From: Rhynchopus sp. YZ270_cl-10
Taxonomy: Eukaryota
DNA: 64,000 nt
Direction: 5' to 3'
Assembly (NCBI GenBank): GCA_964035575.1
Contig: OZ037839.1
Coordinates: 1 to 64,000, forward strand
Positions 58,085 through 64,000 of this stretch are shown piece by piece. Made by a program: the position numbers and the translations under genes. Every line of letters starts with the position of its first letter. Position 1 is the stretch's first letter. Under the pieces are notes generated by a model. The model was not told the origin of the DNA. It ran no database searches and was given only the letters and a program-made list of their open reading frames with translations.

Positions 58085-61000
58085 TCATATGTCCGCAACC
58101 GGCAAGAGAGGCTCAAGCTTATACTCCGTCTCGCACACCGCCCTTGCTGCAGTGCAGTGTTTTTCGACCTCCTCTATCAGTGTCGCTGAGCTTCTCCACA
58201 GCAGCAGCGTCGTCCCACTGTGCTGCGAAGACATGCGCCATGGCAGCGTTGTAGCCCTCATAGGGGTTTGCTGCGGCGCATTTGTCCAGCTGGTACATCC
58301 ACTCCTCGTTCTGGGTCTCCATCTCCTCACGCAGCTCGCTCAGGAATAACTTCGCGCGCAACTTTGGGTACGACACACAGGCGACAGTCTTCGAGTAGAA
58401 GGCATTCGCAACAGATGAGTGTGTGATGTTGTCGTGCAGGATCGTTGTGCCGTACGTTTTGTTGAGTCTCTCGAGTGCGTGCAGCCACGGCACACACCCG
58501 CCAAGGAAGGTGTACTTCTTCATGCCTTCGCAGCCCATGTTCCCGCACCGCACCTCTGCACAGACGAAGGCCATAGAGAGTGTCCACGTCTTGTGAGAGC
58601 GCACCCCGTGCGAGAACTTCGCTGCCTGCAGCTTCGCCGAGCTGCAGTGACGTACACCGTTCCAGTGCGTCATGACACGGTCGCCTGAGAAGCCGTCGTT
58701 CACACCGTTGCATCCCTGCGTGATGGACAGCACCGTGCTCAGGTACTCCGTGTGGCGTGCCTGCATCTCGCCACTCGGCAACTCACGTAAGGCTTCAAAG
58801 AAGCCGCGCACGTTCACCACAGAAAGGGCTACCTTCTTTTGGTCAAGCTTCTGCGTGGTGAGGAACTGGTGCTGTGCAGCGGGTGCCACAGGTACAGAGC
58901 CGCTACTGCTGTGGTGCGATGTTTGCGTCTTGACGTCGCTCTCCTCCTCATCCTCCTCCGTCTCAGTCCGCGACACATCCTCAACCAGCACAGAGGCAGG
59001 CATGTAGTTGCGGTACTCCTTCAGGTTGCGAAGCATCTGCAGGAACGACGTCTGCATGTGTCCCACCTCCTCGATGTTGCTGATGGCACGTGTCTCGTCC
59101 ACCTGCGACAGGTTCATCACAGCCACACGCGCCATCTCCTCCTGCAGCTTTACCAAAGGTGCGACAATGCGGATGACCAGCATCAGTGCCAGAAGCATCA
59201 GCAGCACACTTGCAACCACAACAGTCACAACAAGGATGATGCGAGAACGCACAAGCTTCTCATCCACGCTGTCAACCTCGTCACGGATGCGCTCCTGTGC
59301 AGCAAGTGTGCTCCGGTCAATGTCGCCAAGCATGTACTCTCGGTCGAGAATGATCACCAGCCACCAGTCCACACCGTAGCCGTCGTTCACGCGTTGCACT
59401 CTGTTTCGTGGTGTGGTGGGAATTGTTTTTGGACTGCACTAAAAGGTACTCAAGTTGTATTTCTTGAATACACTACTTGGAAAAGAAAGACGTAATTAGG
59501 TGCGCACATGTGCCATTCATTGGGACAAAAGCTACGAAGCAAAAGACACAAACTGGAAGAGAAACAAAACATGCCACCTGACACATACCGCAAGAAGAAC
59601 TGCTCCTCAGTCCCATTGACGGAGATCGGGTATTCGTAAATGGTCTTGTTCGCCATCGCCTCGTAGCGCCCGTCGACAGCGTGAATGTGTCGGGCAGTGG
59701 AGCTGATGATCTCGTCCGTTGCGTTAACATCGTTCAGGGGGGAGGAGACCATAGTCGCTGGGTCGTAAGAGTGCCCGCTGTGATGTGTGTTTCAGTTTAC
59801 TTGGAGTACTTCGTGTTAACTAAATCAGGGCTGCTTTCATGATCCGCACCATTGTTGCGACTTATACCTGAGGGACCATTTTCGGTCAACCAGCATTGCA
59901 ATCACTTTGATAGAACCTTATGTCAGATGTGAACTAAATAAGGAAAAAGTCCCGCACGGCGCCGCCCTGGATACCAGGCACGAAAGCCGTACCAAGAAGT
60001 GCCACTCACTTCTTGCTTGAGCTCTGCAGAATAAAACAAAACAAAAACAAGAAACACATACTCTCCGTGCGAAACTGCGGTCAGAGCGTACTGCTGGTTG
60101 AAGTACGGGACACCCGACATATCGTACATCCAGTTACCATTCACAGACGTGTACAGCCTTCCCTTTGACGTGGGCCCTCCCTTCCCAAGCTTGAGACGCC
60201 CCAGCTCACGTGAAATGGCACGCACGTCAAAACCGTTCATGACAGCACCTAGCCGCACACCGTTTACCGTCTTGTGCGACCATATGCCCATCATGAAGAC
60301 AGCGATGTACGGTGGTATAGGGAAGAGAGGAGTCCACCGCACACCAGCCTCACCAGGCACCTGCAAGAAGTCAGATAACGAATACTGGGCTTGTTGGTCG
60401 TACGCCCATGTTACGCAGCGAGGAGTAGGCTGTGCACCATTCGTATCGAATGCCCTGGAATCATGCTCGCATCCTGTATGCAATCCGGTCGATGATCGGT
60501 ACGTCGAGTTCTCTGGAGCAATAAACCGACCTGTGTCCGCACTGCCGATGATAGTGCGTTCCGTCACCGGTGCACCTGCCTCAGCATCGTAGTCGCTGCC
60601 GTTGTTATTACCCATGTAGTAGTGATGGTACCCGCCAACTGGGTTCGATCGTGCGATAGTCTTCGAAGTAGGAAATAGCCTGCGCCTTGCGCCCGATTAT
60701 GGACATTGCGGTTGCCCCCATATCGTTGAACATACGGATCTCATTTATCATTGAGGAACTCTTCTCAGCCAGGAACGCCCACGACTCAAATACCTCCGGT
60801 GGGAAGGAACCCATCTCAGCAGTCATCTTCTGCGTCCGGACGCGGTGCACGGAAAGGAAGTTGACAATGATCTGCGACGCTCCCTCCTGCACAGACGTCA
60901 GGTAGTCTTGCAGGGCTTCCCGCAAGGACGCGTCCCCGGTGCCAAAGCAGCAGTGTTCTCAACGAGCGTGTTTGTGTCGGCCAGTGCATCGTCGGCACTC

Positions 61001-61089
61001 GTGATGCTCATCACCATGCACACCACGGCTGTGATCACAATGCAGGCTAGCGCAAGCAGGATGTTCAGGTTCCGCAACGACACTTTCAT
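58085..61089 (-). pseudogene. Intron-containing receptor-type adenylate/guanylate cyclase-like gene with apparent frameshifts
   Basis: N-terminal TM, extracellular region, second TM, HAMP-like (PLVKLQEEMARVA...EVGHMQTSF), and a degenerate class III cyclase (FSGDRVM, CGNMG). GT..AG introns at about 60061-60025 and 59589-59402, plus an acceptor near 59779. Frame breaks near 60940, 60635 and 58170. Confidence 0.7.
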
Positions 61090-61496
61090 CTTCGGTGATA
61101 AGATCCTTGGTGGAGGGTGGAGTTGGGTGGGTTGTTGGTGTGGTGAACCAACCATACGGACTCTTGAGAGCCGAAATCAAAAAAAATTGCCCCCCCGATT
61201 TTTTGTTGTGGACAAAAATTGGTGAAAAAAAAGCTGTTAGGATGAACGTCCTTGCGTCTCTCTCACCCTTCTGTTCAGCTGCTCAGTATCGCATCAGCTA
61301 TGCAAACAGCTCTCAAAGCTTGGGGGTAGCGCAAAGGCCTCGGGTTTGTGGTGCACTGTGCAACGTAGCCTTGGGTTGACCTGGCTCGACACAGAAATCA
61401 AGAAGGGCTGATGTTGTGGATGCCGCAGGTGCAACACGGCGTACAACGAGGAAGGAGGAAGAGGTCAGGGTAGGACCTTCACAGGCGATGTTCCAC

Positions 61497-62699
61497 TCAA
61501 CAACATGCACAACCTTCCAAGGGTCCACGGGGAACACGCGCGACTGTGTTCGGGACCATCTTCACCTTTTCAATGAGCAATCTCCACTCGCCGTGCTGCT
61601 CCGTCAAGCGACACACGGAGAAGAGCATATCGGTTGATACGGCAAGCACAATGCTCCTTGTGTCCACACGTTGCCGCTCACCAACCAAGACGTCCCAGCG
61701 TAGTACTAACACCTCTTCGCGGTATGACGAGGTGCTGCTGAAGATGTACCGCGAGCACGCACTCCACGTGAAGTGCAGGATGGATGATGGATGGCGGAAC
61801 TTCCTTACGAGGTCACGTCTCTCTGTGTCGAAGACACGAAGCTCCTTATCGAAGTACACTGCAAGCAGACGCGAGTCCGGCGAGAACAAGGGTACGTTGA
61901 ATATCAGAGACTTCCTGTCCCACAGCACCGAGGGACGCCGGCTCCTCTCACCGAACCTCATGATGCCGTATGAGCTGTAGCTTGTAGCGACCCACCCCCC
62001 GCACGGCGACAGCACTGCAAGGTATGTCGTGCCACGCACGGCGTCCTCACAACTGACCGGCCCCAGCATCAGCATGCCTTTGTCGGTGGCGGCAAGGACG
62101 TGGTTACTGCTCTCAGATGCGGACAGCGCCCTGACCAGGAATGCCTGTGTCTGCACTGTGCGGAGGCTCGTGAAGGTTGTGCTGTCCAGCCACTCGACGG
62201 AGGAGTCCTCTGCAAACGCGCACACAATGTGCAGAGATGTGAGTGCAATGCAGGACACTCGGCGAGTTGTGACTGTTGTTGTTGTGCCACGCACGAGATC
62301 GACCTTAAGCAGGTGGCCCGTATCACCGTCCACGAACGCACACCAGGTGCGGCAGGGCGACAGCGTGAAGGCTTTCCCGTAGTTGCTGTGCTGCACGTCA
62401 CGCCGCCACTCTCCCTCCACAATGTCGGGCTCGCCGGTGAACTCTGCCAGCAGCGTATCCCCACTGCATAGGCCAGTGTCGCGCACGAGCGTTGTGTTCT
62501 CGCCCAGTTTCACCTTATTTGCGTCCTTCGTGTCGCGCAGCAGCTGTGCAGGTGCCGGCAGACCCTCAGTGTCCACCGGTGGTGTGTCAGGCAGAAGCAC
62601 CTCTGTGGCCTTGTGTCGCAGCTCCAGAACTGTCTCGCCTTCGCCCACCTCGACAGCACAGACCTTCCCGCTTTCGAGACACCTCACGTGGACCTCCAT
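61497..62699 (-). CDS. Ubiquitin-like + WD40/beta-propeller protein, copy 2 (400 aa)
   Basis: Nearly identical to 55147-56337, with a net 12-bp in-frame difference (SSYREEVLVLR vs SSEVVLR). Confidence 0.82.
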   Translation of the reverse strand: MEVHVRCLESGKVCAVEVGEGETVLELRHKATEVLLPDTPPVDTEGLPAPAQLLRDTKDANKVKLGENTTLVRDTGLCSGDTLLAEFTGEPDIVEGEWRRDVQHSNYGKAFTLSPCRTWCAFVDGDTGHLLKVDLVRGTTTTVTTRRVSCIALTSLHIVCAFAEDSSVEWLDSTTFTSLRTVQTQAFLVRALSASESSNHVLAATDKGMLMLGPVSCEDAVRGTTYLAVLSPCGGWVATSYSSYGIMRFGERSRRPSVLWDRKSLIFNVPLFSPDSRLLAVYFDKELRVFDTERRDLVRKFRHPSSILHFTWSACSRYIFSSTSSYREEVLVLRWDVLVGERQRVDTRSIVLAVSTDMLFSVCRLTEQHGEWRLLIEKVKMVPNTVARVPRGPLEGCACC

Positions 62700-63315
62700 T
62701 GATGGGTGGGAACAGGTTATTGTGTTTGCTTGTGTTTGCTGGGGTGTGGTGTCAATACAGGTCAACCAAACACTCAAACGCGAGGCGTCAAAAAAAGGGA
62801 TGTTGAAAGAGAGAAGACACAGTTTTGTTATTGAATCTAAAGAGTGCTACCAGTGTGGCCGACATCTCAATTAGCAACCCTCGCATCTCGAACGTGAGGT
62901 GCACCCCTCCAAGACACAGGGACTGTTGGGGTGAACGTCCTTCCGTCTCTCACCCTTCTGTTCAGCTGCTCAGTGTCGCTTGGCTTCCTATCACTCACGT
63001 ATGCAAACACGAACAGCCCACAAAGCTTGGTTGTAGCGTACCTGTATGCACAGCTTCGTCACACACTTTCCCAACCCTCTGTGACGTTTCTTTCACTTGG
63101 TATGGGAGATAAAGGCAAACCCAAACCCGCAAAGTCCCTCGAATTGCTTTGGATGAGCTGCTCTGCACACGGAAGGCCAGAACGGGGCTGATGTCGTGGG
63201 TGTAAGGCAACAAGAGAACGATATCGTGCTCTCGGAAAACTCACCGGGTAATCAGCAGGAGATGTTTGATGTGTCAGTTTGTCTCGTAAAAAAGGTGTCC
63301 TTGGTTGACACACAG

Positions 63316-63504
63316 CTAACGCCAGCCTAAGAGTAGCAGGATGCCGACCACAGCGAAGGCAGTGCCCCGTCGTCCCTGCATCACCACGTACACCGCGACA
63401 GCGTAAAAGGCAAACGCGAGCACGTCACCCAAATCCACCTCTACCTCGTACTTCGTGCGGGATGTTACTCCATCAAATTCCGTTACGTCCATTTTTTTTG
63501 TCAT
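63316..63504 (-). CDS. Small putative membrane protein (62 aa)
   Basis: Two hydrophobic segments, co-oriented with neighbours, and an A/C-rich leader like the other genes. Confidence 0.35.
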   Translation of the reverse strand: MTKKMDVTEFDGVTSRTKYEVEVDLGDVLAFAFYAVAVYVVMQGRRGTAFAVVGILLLLGWR

Positions 63505-64000
63505 TGTTGTGTTTTTTGTCTGTGGTGGTGGTAGTAGGCTTGAAAATGAAATTTGAATTGAAATATCTGAACAGTGTGTACCTTGGTGCAATGACCGGTA
63601 CACCGGGGGGTAGACCCCCAACCGCGCAGTATACGAGGGGGTCTTGTCATTATTTAGTCTTACCTTGTCACATGACTAGTCATGGGTGGTAACTAGGTCG
63701 TGGTGTACTACATCCATTTCGTGGTTGGGTATCTGATGAAGGATCGCAAAAATGACAAAACCTTTCTTTTTATTCATCAGTTTGTTGATCGCATCCATCA
63801 ATTTGTTTTCAAACCCCCAAAAAGACCCTAAAACCCCCTTAAAAGACCCGCGCCCTGAGGTACGGCGAGAGGTGGAGCACAAAAGGGCGGGGGGAAAAGG
63901 GGAACGGTAAGACTTCAGGACAGCCAGAAGAAAAAGCATTGTTTCAGTTCCAGACGTATTGCATCCTTGCAGGGGTTTGTTCTGCAAACAAAATGCAACG

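Overview
Repeat-rich eukaryotic DNA. The organism is probably a euglenozoan protist such as a diplonemid; this is inferred from the co-oriented gene array, GT-AG introns, Ubl-LRR/Ubl-WD40 expansions and a receptor cyclase-like gene. The left 17.8 kb is a (TTTGCGGG)n satellite interrupted twice, in the same GGGTT|TGCGGG register, by Helitron-like elements with related ends. One carries a decayed Helitron HUH-Rep and a catalytically altered tyrosine-recombinase-like ORF. The main feature is an ~11.6-kb minus-strand non-LTR retrotransposon (about 18007-29639) of the RT + restriction-like endonuclease type, CRE-like. Its single ~3,300-aa ORF reads: signal-peptide-like start, Ser/Asn-rich repeat, hydrophobic segments, OTU-like protease, Zn fingers, RT, CCHC, RLE, second OTU-like protease, Cys cluster, coiled coil. 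Its 5' UTR holds a near-textbook HDV-like ribozyme whose cleavage-site strand (GGGGACC) is tandemly repeated 16 times as an 18-nt unit. It ends in poly(A), sits tail-to-tail with a truncated copy of itself, and a paralogous empty site suggests it targets TTTGCGGG. The rest is a minus-strand gene array (Ubl-LRR, Ubl-WD40, a GH63-like hydrolase, a frameshifted cyclase-like receptor, an orphan Zn-finger ORF) mixed with satellites, MITE-like elements and segmental duplications. All calls are by eye; no database searches were run.
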